Shown here: piece after piece, positions 12,846-23,890 of the stretch
Numbering within the stretch: the first letter of the stretch is position 1
How the letters are laid out: every line of letters begins with the position of its first letter
Source of the DNA: Prorocentrum cordatum
Taxonomy: Eukaryota
Length of the DNA: 54,926 nucleotides
Reading direction: 5' to 3'
NCBI GenBank assembly: GCA_963575745.1
Contig: CAUYUJ010000200.1
Span: 62,001 to 116,926 of the forward strand
Translations under genes and position numbers: made by a program
The notes under the pieces: model-generated
What the model saw: only the letters and a program-made list of their open reading frames with translations
The model's database searches: none
What the model was told of the DNA's origin: nothing

Positions 12846-13850
12846 CACGTACACGCAGGCACACGCGCAAACACACACACACACACACTTACACACACAC
12901 ACACACGCGTGCACATACGCACACACAGACACGCGCACACGCATACACACATACACACGCACACGTACACGCGCATACACACACCCACACACACACGCAC
13001 GCACGCACGCACAGACGCACGCACGCACGCACGCACGCGCGCACGCATGCACGCACACGCACATGCACACGCACGCACACGCACACGCACTCGCGCACGC
13101 GCACGCGCACGCGCACGCGCACGCGCACGCGCACGCGCACGCGCACGCGCACGCGCACGCGCACGCGCACGCGCACGCGCACGCGCACGCGCACGCGCAC
13201 GCGCACGCACGCACGCACACGCGCACACGCACACACGCACACGCACACGCACACGCACACACGCACACGCGCACACGCACACGCACACGCACACGCACAC
13301 GCACACGCACACGCACACGCACACGCACACGCACACGCACACGCACACGCACACGCACACGCACACGCACACGCACACGCACACGCACACGCACACGCAC
13401 ACGCACACGCACACGCACACGCACACGCACACGCACACGCACACGCACACGCACACGCACACGCACACGCACACGCACACGCACACGCACACGCACACGC
13501 ACACGCACACGCACACGCACACGCACACGCACACGCACACGCACACGCACACGCACACGCACACGCACACGCACACGCACACGCACACGCACACGCACAC
13601 GCACACGCACACGCACACGCACACGCACACGCACACGCACACGCACACGCACACGCACACGCACACGCACACGCACACGCACACGCACACGCACACGCAC
13701 ACGCACACGCACACGCACACGCACACGCACACGCACACGCACACGCACACGCACACGCACACGCACACGCACACGCACACGCACACGCACACGCACACGC
13801 ACACGCACACGCACACGCACACGCACACGCACACGCACACGCACACACAC
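12800..13850. repeat. Alternating purine-pyrimidine tract: (CA)n, then (CACGCG)n, then a perfect (CACACG)n of ~95 copies
   Basis: Perfect hexamer from ~13271 to ~13844. Confidence 0.95.
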
Positions 13851-14248
13851 GTAAACTTTGGCAGGTCCACGCGAACTTCTTGGGTCGGCGCTAGGCCCTC
13901 TTTCTCAATATCAATACATATCCACAGCCCCTGGCCAGGCCCATCTTGGGCTCAGGACCAGTGTGTATTATATATAGACATGTATGGGAACATAACTTCT
14001 AATTCCATCCTAATAAGATACTAAGCTGAACCAGCTAGATCTTGGATCTGCTCAATTCCATTTAGGTTCTAGTAGGTCCCAATAGGATTGTAAGTGTAAT
14101 CAGCTGTATGTATTAGGTTCTGCTCCACCCAGATGTGATGTCATTCGTGTTCCTATAGGAATCAAATCCTAATCGAGCGGATCTGGAATCTGCCCCCCTC
14201 TCTCTTTCTCTTTCTCCCTCTCTCTCTCTCTCAGACACACAAAACAAT

Positions 14249-14739
14249 CCCTGTGAACACAAGGTGTTTGCGATGTCAGGGGTGCGGAAACCATGTGTGT
14301 TCGTTTGGATGTTCGGGATTTCTGGGATGAGAAGTGAGAAACCATGTGTTTTCATTGGGAGCTGTAGGATGTGTGGGGTTTTCCTCCCTTCAGCGAAAAA
14401 ACAATCCAGGAGCTCTCACAGGAGCCGCGATCCCCAGAATCCCAGGGGTGCGGGAACCATGTGTTTTCATTTAGGTGTTTGGGACTCCTGGTATGAGAAG
14501 TGAGGAAACCATGTGCTTTCATTTTGATGTTTCGGATGTTTGGCGTTCTGTGGATCGAAGCTCCTAGGAGGGCTCCTGGGGTGAATTTTTTGCTGGAGGG
14601 AGGAAAATATTTCTAAATCCCAAAAGTCCATATGAAACCACATGGTTTCCTTATCTCTCATCCCAGAAGTCCCAAATATCTAAATGAAAACACATGGTTT
14701 CCGCACCCCTGACATTGCAAACCTTGTGTGTTCACAGGG
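14249..14739. mobile_element. Foldback/MITE-like element with ~190-bp inverted arms
   Basis: CCCTGTGAACACAAGG...GGGGTGCGGAAACCATGTG at left versus CACATGGTTTCCGCACCCC...GTGTTCACAGGG at right; inner blocks 14378-14440 and 14545-14608 are also reverse-complementary. Confidence 0.75.
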
Positions 14740-15187
14740 GTTACGTTGGGTGTCTCGGTTAGAGAGAGCAACAACAAAAAGATAGAGAGAGAGCAATAAA
14801 CAATAAAACTAAGAAATAACGAGAGAGATACGGAAAGAGAGCGAGAGAGAGGCACGAGGAGGAGGAGGAAAGGAAGAGCACCACCGTCGTAAGTGAATGC
14901 TGGTAAGAAGTGGTGCTGGGGGGGCTGTCTATCCATATTATATATATACACATATACACATGCCTGGCCAAGCCGGCCAGGCGTGCACACCGCTCCCGTG
15001 CCCGTGCCCAGAAGCGGGCCACGGGCAGTGGACACGTATACGGATCGCGTCGCCCTTCGATGTGGAGCCCGATCTGCTCCGCGCCGATGATCGGCGGCGC
15101 GCCCCGGGGGGGAATCGGGAGGGGGCGGGCCTTCACAGAAGGCTCCGGAGTCCTCCAGCCTTTGGGTAGCTTCCTGCAGTGGGGGCG

Positions 15188-15345
15188 CATGCCAAGAAAC
15201 ACTTTGCTTGCCTCCAGGGTGCCCTGGGTTTCTCGGGTTTCGATGGTTTCGCTACGGAAAGCGTGACGTTACCACACCAAAAATCGATGGACGTTCTGGG
15301 GTCTCAGGGTTGGGTCTCTTGTGGAAGGTTTCTTGTGGACTGGCC
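15188..15345 (+). repeat. ~150-bp dispersed repeat E, copy 1
   Basis: CAAGAAACAC..TGCTTGCCTCCAGGGTGCCCTGGGTTTC...GATGGACGT.CTGGGGTCTCAGGGTTG; five copies in the window. Confidence 0.8.
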
Positions 15346-15967
15346 TCCAGCGTATCTTCCTAAGCCTGCTCGGAAGACACGGAGGGCTCGTGAGAAGGCC
15401 AGAGGGCTTCCGAGAAGCTCCGCCGCCTTCTGTGAAGGCTTGCTCCCTCGAGGATCCTCGTCGTCTGCTCTTCGGGGCCTAACTCGTGTCTCCAGCGGCC
15501 GTTCGGGATGATCCTGGCACCCCCAGAACACTTTCGGCGAGGCGCAGCCCATGAAACGCATCCCAAGGCTGGGAAACTGCCAAGAGCCAATAGAAACGCC
15601 CGAAAACCTGGAACCCTTGAACCCGAAACTCCCAAACTCCCAACTTCCTCGAAGCCGAAAACTCGGAACCTCGAATCCGAAGCTCCGAAACCTGGAGCCT
15701 CGAACCCGAACCTCGAAACCGAAACTCCCAAACTTCGCACCCAAACGCGCCGCCAAGATGAACCGCCGGATGCACCGCCGATGCGGGGGCGACGGGGCGC
15801 GGCGGCGAAATCCGCACCCTACACTCGCCGACCTACGTTTCAGGCATCTCGATGTGCGGCGGGGGTACGATTCGCAACTCGTCGAGCACGTGGCGAAATC
15901 CGAACCCAGCCCCCCGCCTCCCATCGATGCAGGAGAGCCGATGGCTGGTGGGGGCATAGTGGGGGCC

Positions 15968-16130
15968 CATGGCCAAGAAACACCCTGCTTGCCTCCAGGG
16001 TGCCCTGGGTTTCCTGGATTTCGGCCGTTTTGCTGCGGAAAATGTGGCCTTCCCGAACCAGAAATCGATGGACGTCGCGGGGTCTCAGGGTTGGGTTTCT
16101 TGTGGAAGGCTTCTTGTGGACTGGCCTCCA
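15968..16130 (+). repeat. Dispersed repeat E, copy 2
   Basis: Same TGCTTGCCTCCAGGGTGCCCTGGGTTT core. Confidence 0.8.
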
Positions 16131-16243
16131 CCGTAGGGTTCGGATGTCGCCACCTGACGAGCCCACCCCCTGAGGTGGGGCTGGATGCCGCGCCGCGAAA
16201 AGCCGTGCGGAGAGACGGCACCCATCCCCGCCTCCAGGGTGAA

Positions 16244-16397
16244 GTCGAGCCTGTCCCCCCCCACAGACGGATCTTGGAGGAAAAATAACAAATCGTCAGA
16301 AAATAATCGAAAATGGTCAAAAGTGTTCAGAACATCGTCCCCAGACTGTTGTGGTTACTGTTTTCGAGTACTCCTCCTGCAGAGGGACAGGCCCGAC
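16244..16397 (-). mobile_element. ~155-bp MITE-like repeat F
   Basis: GTCGAGCCTGTCC...GGACAGGCCCGAC terminal inverted repeats around an AT-rich core containing CATCGTCCCCAGA. Confidence 0.6.
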
Positions 16398-17095
16398 CTG
16401 ACTCCCATGGGGGAGCAGGTCAGTCAGCGGGGCCACGGCCTTCCCAGTGGGGACGGCGCGCCGCGTCCCGAGCCACTGAGCTCAAGGAGGCGCGGTCCTC
16501 CGACCCCCGCCTGCTCGGGCCCCCTCGGCGGAGGCCTCCGGCCTAGAGGTTGGCACCAGCACCAACGTCGGCGGTGTGCCTCCACCGAGGGAGGAAGATC
16601 CCGATCTCGGTGATGGTGGTGAGATTCTGGCTTCCGAGGTGACCGAAATGTTGCCACCAACACCGGAACCTGGGATCATCTTCCCCCTGTGGAGGCACCC
16701 CCCTGTGTTGGTGTTGGTGCCCATTTCCAGGCCTCCAACCTCCGGCCGCGCGTGCGGCCGCTCCGAGGCCTCAACGTCACCACGTTCATCGAGCACGAAG
16801 CCAGCTGGGTCCGCCCGCCCCACACAGGATCGGCCACGCAGAGGGGGGTACAGTCGAAACCGATGGTAAGGATGGGCAGCCTTCCCAGTGGTACCCTCAC
16901 ATCCCTGCCTCTTCGGTCCGTCCTCAACCCCTCTCGATGGCCAGCCCCTCTCGAAGATCCAGAAAGCGCCTCGCCTTCGAGGATCGCTGGAGTGGCCATC
17001 TTTTCACTCGGCGGAAGGCGGCGGAAGGGCTGAGGAAGTCTGCGGAAGTAAATCGAGGCCGCTTCGCTGGGTGAAGCCGGCGGAAGTAAAATTAA

Positions 17096-17245
17096 GTCGG
17101 GCATGTCCCTCTTCAGGAGAAATTTTCAAAAGCAGTCAAAAATAGTCTGGGGACGATTTTTCTGTTCGTTTTGGAATGTCTTTGTATCTTGTCTACTATT
17201 TTCCATCTTTCTTCCAAAACCCGCCAGTAGGAGGACGTGCCCGAC
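17096..17245 (+). mobile_element. MITE-like repeat F
   Basis: GTCGGGCATGTCC...GGACGTGCCCGAC; core contains TCTGGGGACGAT. Confidence 0.7.
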
Positions 17246-17785
17246 CTGAAGGTAGCAGTCGGCCTCCCAGGGGATGACACCGTTTTCGGGATCCAGGGTT
17301 TCCGGAGCCCGCGCAGGCTCAGGGAGGGACGCATCGAACCCCAACCGCCTACCGATCGCCCAGAGAGGGGCCCGAGGGCCCATCCCGCCCAAGGATCAGG
17401 CGGTCGCAAGCACGGATGGAGGGGGCGTGGCTTCGCGGCGGGTCCCGCTTCCATGGGAAATCGCAGATTCCCGCCGCCGAAGAAGGCGGCACCAGCCGCA
17501 TTTGGGGAGGGCACCTCCAACGATCCATGTTTGCGCGCCCCCGACAGGAACGTGCTGTTTCGCCATCGCGGGCCCATCGCCGATCTATCGGCGATGTATC
17601 GCCGATTGCAGGTCGGTGCTTCCTCGCCTGGGCCAGGTCCGCCCCTCCACGTGCATCTTGCGCCATCTCGGTGTTCTCAGTTGCCTGCACGGGCAGTCTT
17701 GGAAGCTCGGGACGCATGTCCAAGGTTTTTTAACCAGGGATCGTGGCTTGGGAGGCCCTGGAGCGCCTGGGAGCAGCGCCTGGGA

Positions 17786-18130
17786 ATGCGAGAAGTGCAC
17801 AGTCCTCGAGCGGGTGCGCGTGGGATAAGGGGTCTAGGAGGTAGGAGACATGCGGGAAGTGCGCAATCTTCGAGCGGGCGCGCATGGAATAAGGGCTCAG
17901 GCATTAGTTGCAATGCGGGAAGTGCACCATCCTCGAGCGGGCACGCGGGGAGTGATGGCTCAGGCATTAGCTGCCATGCGGGAAGTGCATCATCCTCGAG
18001 CGGGCGTGCATGGAATGCAGGCTCAGGCATCAGGTGCCATGAGGGAAGTGCACCATCCTCGAATGGGCACGCGTGACATGGGAAATTGGGCATTAGTTGC
18101 CATGCTGGAAGTGCGCCATCTTCTAGCGCG
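17786..18130. repeat. 63-bp minisatellite, about 5.5 diverged copies
   Basis: ATGCGGGAAGTGC...CCTCGAGCGGGC units start at 17786, 17850, 17913, 17976, 18039 and 18102. Confidence 0.85.
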
Positions 18131-18419
18131 CACGAGGGAAGTGGCCTCGGAAAGAAGGAGCAGTGCACGCAAGAGTCTGCTAGTAGAGGGGGGGCGGTCC
18201 CTTCTTAGAATCCAGAAGTCCCTACCAGACAGATCTTGGCATTCTGCCACGCCTCAACGTGCCAGGGGGCACAGTGGCAGATATTTTTTACAACCCGCCC
18301 CCCCTCCAAAACGGGATCATCCAGATCCGTGGACCTGGCCCTCAGGCTTTCCCGGGCTCCTGGAAGCCCCTGCTGGGCCTAGGCAACGGGCCCACATCGG
18401 TCACGAGGGCAACCGAACG

Positions 18420-19660
18420 GTCTCGCGAGAGCACCAAGAGGCCCCAGACACCCACCATACGCCCGAAGACGACCCAAAGCAGACTTCCAAGAGGAAGCGC
18501 AAAAAACATTGATGTCCAGTGGTTTCTGTTTGATTTTGGGAGTGCTCTGCTCTTCGGTCTTCTTGGCGTCCGAGACCGCACAGGAGGCCAGACAAGAGCC
18601 CCCAAACTATCCAAACGGGGTTCGGGGCTGTCCAAGAAAGCCCCAAGACGGCCCAGCCGGGCCCCAGGATGGCCCGAGGAGAGCCCTAAGACAGCCCAAG
18701 ATGGCCTCTTGGGCCTTCTTGGGTTCTCGGAAGGCCGAAAAGAAGCAACTGCCACAATCCTCCAAAAACCTAAGGAACACATGATCTTGGCTTCGTCGGG
18801 CCCTCCTGGAGGACGTCTTGGCGGCGTATTGGGAGCCTCGTGGGCCGTCTTGGGCCATCTTGGAGGCTTCTCGGGCGGACTCGGAGTCATCTTGGCGCCG
18901 TCTTGAGCCGTCTTGATGGCTCCTTCGGCAAACTTGAACGCAAATTGGACCATATTGGGCCATCTTGGAGGCCATCTTGAGCAAACGTGAGGCCATCTTG
19001 ACCGTCTTGGAGATTTGATTGTGGACGTCTGGACCGAAGCCCCAGGGGGAGTTCTTTGGAACAAAACCAGAACCAAGAGCGTTCCAGCACGTCAGGCGCA
19101 CCTGTGGCAAGCCACCGGGGGGCGGCGGATCGAGTGGACTTCGGTCCATCCGCCACCGTGCTTGGTTCGTGGGCCAGAGGGCTAGTAGAGGCCGATTGGG
19201 CTCTCCAGGGGATCGTCTTGGGATCTGGAAGGCCTTATTAAGGGGTCTGTTGGGAGCTTTGGGGAAGTTGCTTGGGTCCTCTCGATCCGCCTCGGAACGT
19301 CTGGGAGCCTTACGGAGGCTCTTTGGGGCTATCTTGGCGTCGTTGTGGGCCGTGTTGGAGCCCTCTTGGGCTGCCTTGGGTTCCCCCAGTGGCTGTCTGA
19401 AGCCGTTCTTGGGGCTTCTTGGGCCACTTGGGGCCATGTCGAGTGGTCATTGAGGTCCTCTAGGCCAGGCCTGGAGCTCTCTGAAGCCATCTTGAAAACA
19501 TGCTGGGCAGCCAGGCCGAACAAGCGAGACAGCATTCAGCATGTGTGCTTTGTTGTCTCTTGGCTGTTCGGGGCTTCCCTTGGAGCGTGTTGGAGGCTTT
19601 CTTGGAGGCTCTTGCGGGCCTCCTGGGGTCCCCTCGGGCTTCTTGAAACCTCTCCAAGGC
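18420..19660. repeat. CCAAGA repeat (+ strand) switching to TCTTGG (- strand) near 18790
   Basis: Same repeat family as 2760-4560, present in both orientations; hairpin TGGAC-TTCG-GTCCA at ~19135-19148. Confidence 0.7.
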
Positions 19661-19673
19661 CTACATTGTGAGA

Positions 19674-19820
19674 CCATGCCAAGAAGAAACGCCTTGCTTG
19701 CTTCCAGGGTGCCCCGGGTTTCTTGGGTTTCGATGGCTTCGCTGCGGAAGGAGTGACGTTCCCACACCAAAAATCCATGGACGTCCTGGTGTCTCAGGGT
19801 TGTTTTTTTTGGTGGAAGAT
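19674..19820 (+). repeat. Dispersed repeat E, copy 3
   Basis: TGCTTGCTTCCAGGGTGCCCCGGGTTTC core. Confidence 0.8.
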
Positions 19821-19992
19821 GTCTTATGGTCGGGCCCCCATTGTACTGTGTCTTTTTGTAGGCTGCGAGGGCAGTATTGGGCGGGGACAGCTTCGGCAGA
19901 CCCGCGCGACACGCCCCAGGAGCGCACGGGAGTTGCTGGGACCCACAGCCCCCAGGGCCATCTACTACGTGCTGGAGGCACGGTGGCGGTCA

Positions 19993-20014
19993 TCCATGGC
20001 CACTTAGGCCCAAA
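19993..20014 (+). other. Possible relict dinoflagellate spliced leader upstream of the PITH-CCP gene
   Basis: TCCATGGCCACTTAGGCCCAAA versus DinoSL TCCGTAGCCATTTTGGCTCAAG, 16/22 ungapped, 75 nt before the ATG; it overlaps a GTGGC...GCCAC hairpin that may instead be a TE end. Confidence 0.35.
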
Positions 20015-20089
20015 ATCCTTTTCCTATTCATGAGTAGTACATGCCATGTTGAGGATTATGTTCGGTCGCCATTGTAGGGTTGTGTTGCC

Positions 20090-22549
20090 ATGGCGAAGCA
20101 AAGCGAAAGTTTGCACGCCTTCATCAATTCGAGGGCGTCCGTCTGCTTGAATGAGGCCTCCGAGTATCCATTTGCGAACTGCTTGTTGGACGATGAGGCA
20201 GAGTTGCGCAGCGACGCAGATCATCAGTTGCTTCTCACTCTGGAATTTACAGAGCCCGTGAACTTGACAAGCTTGCGTCTTTGTGCATCTGGTGAAGAGG
20301 CGCCTGGTTTGATCAAGCTGTTTGTAAACTCTCAAAACCTTGGCTTTGATGACGCCTCTTCTCAGAAGCCGGCGCAAATTGTAACTTTCGAGAGGAGGGA
20401 ATCCCTCGATTCAGTAGTCAAGTTGACGCCCGTCAAGTTCAACAACGTGCACTCGCTCACAGTGTTTGTAGAAGAGAATGGAGGGGCAGACGAGTCTTCT
20501 GTGCGCTACTTGGATGCGCAGGGAACGCGTGTGCGGGGAGGCGGCCGGCTTGATGCACGACCAGCCGTCAGCGCAAAGCGGCAGAGAGCATCGGCCAATG
20601 GCGTGATCGGAGAAGTTGCTGCAAGGCTCTGCGCCCAGAGCTCAGATGACGGCGTTGCGCGATGTCTGTTGGAAGCGGCATCCTCTGCGGCGCCCAGCCA
20701 GGCCAGGGACATCGTGCGCAAGGCCACCGAGGTGTTTCTCTTGGCGGCCAAGGACGCTGGCGAAAGGCGCCAGCGCGCGCTGCTGATGCTCAGCGCGTGC
20801 CGGTGCCAGGTGTTGTGCCTCGACAGGGGGCAGAGACGAGAGCCGCTGCCTGCCAGACTTCGTGCAGCCATGCGGTGTGGTGTGCAGGGCCTCATGCTTG
20901 GGCTGGAAGGCGCTGTAGATGCCGACTCTCTGAGGCAGCTGCTGAAGGGCCTGCTGACGAAGGACGGCAGGGGCGTCGGGGACCTCATGGCACTGCTCTG
21001 TCGAGTCCTGCCTCCGATCCGAGTGCCTGCGTGTGATCGTGGGAACGCTGCTAACGAAAGTGAAGACTCGGAGTCTGAAGCTTCAGAAATCGGAGAGGAC
21101 GAGGCGGGCGAGCCTCTCGATTCAAATTCGATTACTCATGGCACTTGTAATCCTGGGACCGTAAGTCCAGGTGTTGGACTTGAAATCCCAGGCAGTCGCA
21201 AATGCAGCGTTGCATCGTTGGTAGATGGAGGCGATCATGACTCTGTGTTTGGTGAAGACTGCCCTGTGGGACAAGATGGCCAGTTTTGTCAGTTGCAGTC
21301 GCCAGTCAGCGAGTTTTTGAAGAGTATTAGCATCGATGCAGAAGCTGTTGAACATTGGCCAGTGCTGTATCCTGGTCTCGGAAGTCACGGGTTGCAATTT
21401 TCTTCGAAGTTCGAAGGAGGGAATTTGCGACGAGTGAGACTTGAGGCCCCTGGAGTGGTCGAAATCCTTTTGTGTGGCGACACGAATCGCGCTTATCATT
21501 GCCAAGCTTTCTTCTTCGACGTGGTTGTCAGCGAGCTTATGAGCTTGCGAATGCACATCGTAAGTCTTGTGAAGCCTGGATCCACATTCGGGCAAGGCCA
21601 GCGAGTTGTCACCCAGTCTCCTGGCGAGTCTTGTTGGCGAAGAGACGGAGAGGACTACGCCTACATGCCGAACAGGTACATCGTTGGAGACAGGCGTGGG
21701 AACTACACCCTGTCCTTTGCTCTGCAGCTGAAGCCTGGACGCACTCGAGTGGCCCATTTCTATCCCTACTTGTTCGGCGACTTACTCTGCGACTTGCGAA
21801 GACTACGCCCCAGCGGGGACTGGCTCAGCGTGCAGGATCTGGGCCCTACCCCTGGCGGTCGCCCACTACTGATGCTCACGATCAACGATTTTGAAGCATG
21901 CTCCACTTCGGGCACTCACGACACGCGGCCATACGTTATCATTTCAGCACGAGTGCATCCGGGTGAGAGTCCAGCATCCTTCATAATGCGCGGTGTTTTG
22001 AAGTTATTGCTTTCTGACGCTGACGAGGCGTGTGCTTTGCGACGTCTTCTCAAGTTTGTGATCATGCCGATGCTCAATCCTGATGGCGTTGCTGCTGGAA
22101 ACGGTCGTGCTAATTCTGCTGGGTATGACTTGAACCGGTGTTGGTCAAAACCTCCAGTTGGTTCGGAAATCGTGGCTGTGCGTCAGGTTGTTTCTGGCCT
22201 TTGCGCATCGCAAAGTGGCGTTCTTGCATTTCTCGACTTTCATGCCCACTCACGCAGGCATGGTGCTTTCACGCTCAGCAACCCCAATAGTCAAACGTTG
22301 CCAGATCTGCTCGCAGGCACAAGCGATGGTACCTTTGATCGGGCACAGTGTGTTTTCAGCTACGACAAGGGTAAGCGCGGATCAGCTCGATGCGCTGTAT
22401 GGAAAGATCTGGGCGTTAAGCATTCCCATACGCTGGAAGCCAGTTATGCAGCGGTGCGTGGCAAAGGCCGACTGATCACACCTCACGACCTCGATGAGTT
22501 GGGGCGTAATTCTATTCGAGCGTGTGCGTCATTACTTTCAGAGTATTGA
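20090..22549 (+). CDS. PITH-domain / cytosolic carboxypeptidase (M14D, Nna1/AGBL-like) fusion protein, intronless, 819 aa
   Basis: PITH motifs LRSDADHQLLLTLEF, IKLFVN..LGFDDA, VKFNNVHSLTVFVEEN; CCP motifs FSSKFEGGNL, AHFYPY, ARVHPGESPAS (Zn HxxE), PMLNPDGVAAGNGR, DLNRCW, DFHAHS, HTLEAS (catalytic Glu); ATG context GCCATGG; high-complexity sequence. Confidence 0.92.
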   Translation: MAKQSESLHAFINSRASVCLNEASEYPFANCLLDDEAELRSDADHQLLLTLEFTEPVNLTSLRLCASGEEAPGLIKLFVNSQNLGFDDASSQKPAQIVTFERRESLDSVVKLTPVKFNNVHSLTVFVEENGGADESSVRYLDAQGTRVRGGGRLDARPAVSAKRQRASANGVIGEVAARLCAQSSDDGVARCLLEAASSAAPSQARDIVRKATEVFLLAAKDAGERRQRALLMLSACRCQVLCLDRGQRREPLPARLRAAMRCGVQGLMLGLEGAVDADSLRQLLKGLLTKDGRGVGDLMALLCRVLPPIRVPACDRGNAANESEDSESEASEIGEDEAGEPLDSNSITHGTCNPGTVSPGVGLEIPGSRKCSVASLVDGGDHDSVFGEDCPVGQDGQFCQLQSPVSEFLKSISIDAEAVEHWPVLYPGLGSHGLQFSSKFEGGNLRRVRLEAPGVVEILLCGDTNRAYHCQAFFFDVVVSELMSLRMHIVSLVKPGSTFGQGQRVVTQSPGESCWRRDGEDYAYMPNRYIVGDRRGNYTLSFALQLKPGRTRVAHFYPYLFGDLLCDLRRLRPSGDWLSVQDLGPTPGGRPLLMLTINDFEACSTSGTHDTRPYVIISARVHPGESPASFIMRGVLKLLLSDADEACALRRLLKFVIMPMLNPDGVAAGNGRANSAGYDLNRCWSKPPVGSEIVAVRQVVSGLCASQSGVLAFLDFHAHSRRHGAFTLSNPNSQTLPDLLAGTSDGTFDRAQCVFSYDKGKRGSARCAVWKDLGVKHSHTLEASYAAVRGKGRLITPHDLDELGRNSIRACASLLSEY

Positions 22550-23724
22550 ATATCTTGCTTCTTGCACGTTGGCCAGGAGGACTTCTTTTGTGGGGCTGCG
22601 CAAGTGGGGCCAAGTGATGCACAAGGAGGCTGACATAGGCTGATCGTTGTTTTTGTACTTCGAGGTGCAAGTTGCTGACGTGTGCAGCTTAGAGTTAGCT
22701 GTGCAACGCAGTCTCTATCTGGCTCCCGTGGCACCATCCTGGGCGAATTGGAACGTTGCCCTGCTTTTGTGTTTGCGCTTGAAGACGTTGTTCATGCTTT
22801 GGAGGAGTTTGTGATATGGCCCAAGACCTACCACAACGTTGTTTAGCCTGGTTGTTGGGCCTTCGTTATTTCTTCGTTTCGTTTTTAGTTGTTGTTGCAC
22901 GTCGTCATTCGCTTTTCATTTAACCGCCTCGTTTCTTTTTTCCGTCTCGCTATGAAAAGTGCAAATTCCCACCGACAAGAACGCGCAGCGTTAGATCCAG
23001 GCCCGAGTTGATGCACATCCGCCGCGTGGGGAAATGATGCCCTGGGGCCCCCAGCAGGCAGGCAATGTGGAAAAGGCCCCTCCCCAGGCGGTGTTCGGAC
23101 GGTGCTGGGACGAGGATGCATCCGTTCCAGAGCGTTCTGGAGCGCTCTCAGAGCGTTACGGAACGCTCTGAGAAAGCCGCGGCGCCCGAGACATCCTCCA
23201 GAGCCGCGGCATTCCAGAGATTGTGAAGGCCTGACGGCCGGTGCACCGACCCTGAAACACATCGACGACGACCAGGAGGGGGAGGAGGAGGAGGAGGAGG
23301 AGGAGGAGGAGGAGGAGGAGGTGGAGGAGGAGGAGGAGGAGGCAGTGATCAGGAGAAGGAGGAGGCAGTGATAAGGAAGAGGAGGAGGAGGCAGTGAGAT
23401 AAGGAAGAGGAGGAGGAGGAGGAGGAGGAGGAGAAGGAGGAGGAGGAGGAGGAGGAGGACCCCCCCTTCCTGGGACCCCCCCCCCTGGGGAGAAGGACCG
23501 GAGGAGGACCGGCGCGGGAGAGGGGATGGGAAGGGGAGGAGGACCCCCAGGGACGGATGCATATCTGTCCCCCCCCCTCCTCTGGGACTCCCCATCCACC
23601 TGGGGAGGAGGACCAGAGGAGGACTGGAGGAGGACTGGCGTGGGAGAGGATTCCCAGAGGCGATGCGAATCTGACCCGCCCCCCCCCCCCACCCCCTCCC
23701 CGGGACCGACCGCATGTCAGAGGT

Positions 23725-23890
23725 TCTCGATGTATCCTCACCCGATGTTATCCTCGCCCTGCCCTCGTCTTGCATGCACTGTGTTATCCTCACCCGATGT
23801 TATCCTCACCCGATGTATCCTCGCCCTGCCCTCGTCTTGCATGCATGTATCCGATGTATCCTCACCCGATGTTATCCTCGCACTGTGTCG
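23725..23890. repeat. Short compound tandem repeat (CCCGATGT(T)ATCCTCA units)
   Basis: Repeated CCCGATG..ATCCTC and a duplicated GCCCTGCCCTCGTCTTGCATGCA. Confidence 0.8.

Noticed and set aside
13935..13956. SL relic CCATCTTGGGCTCAGG
   Set aside because: Needs a gap, covers only the 3' part of SL, and no coding sequence follows
10158..14024. Long His/Thr/Cys/Val-rich ORFs
   Set aside because: Translations of TATG, GGA and CACACG microsatellites
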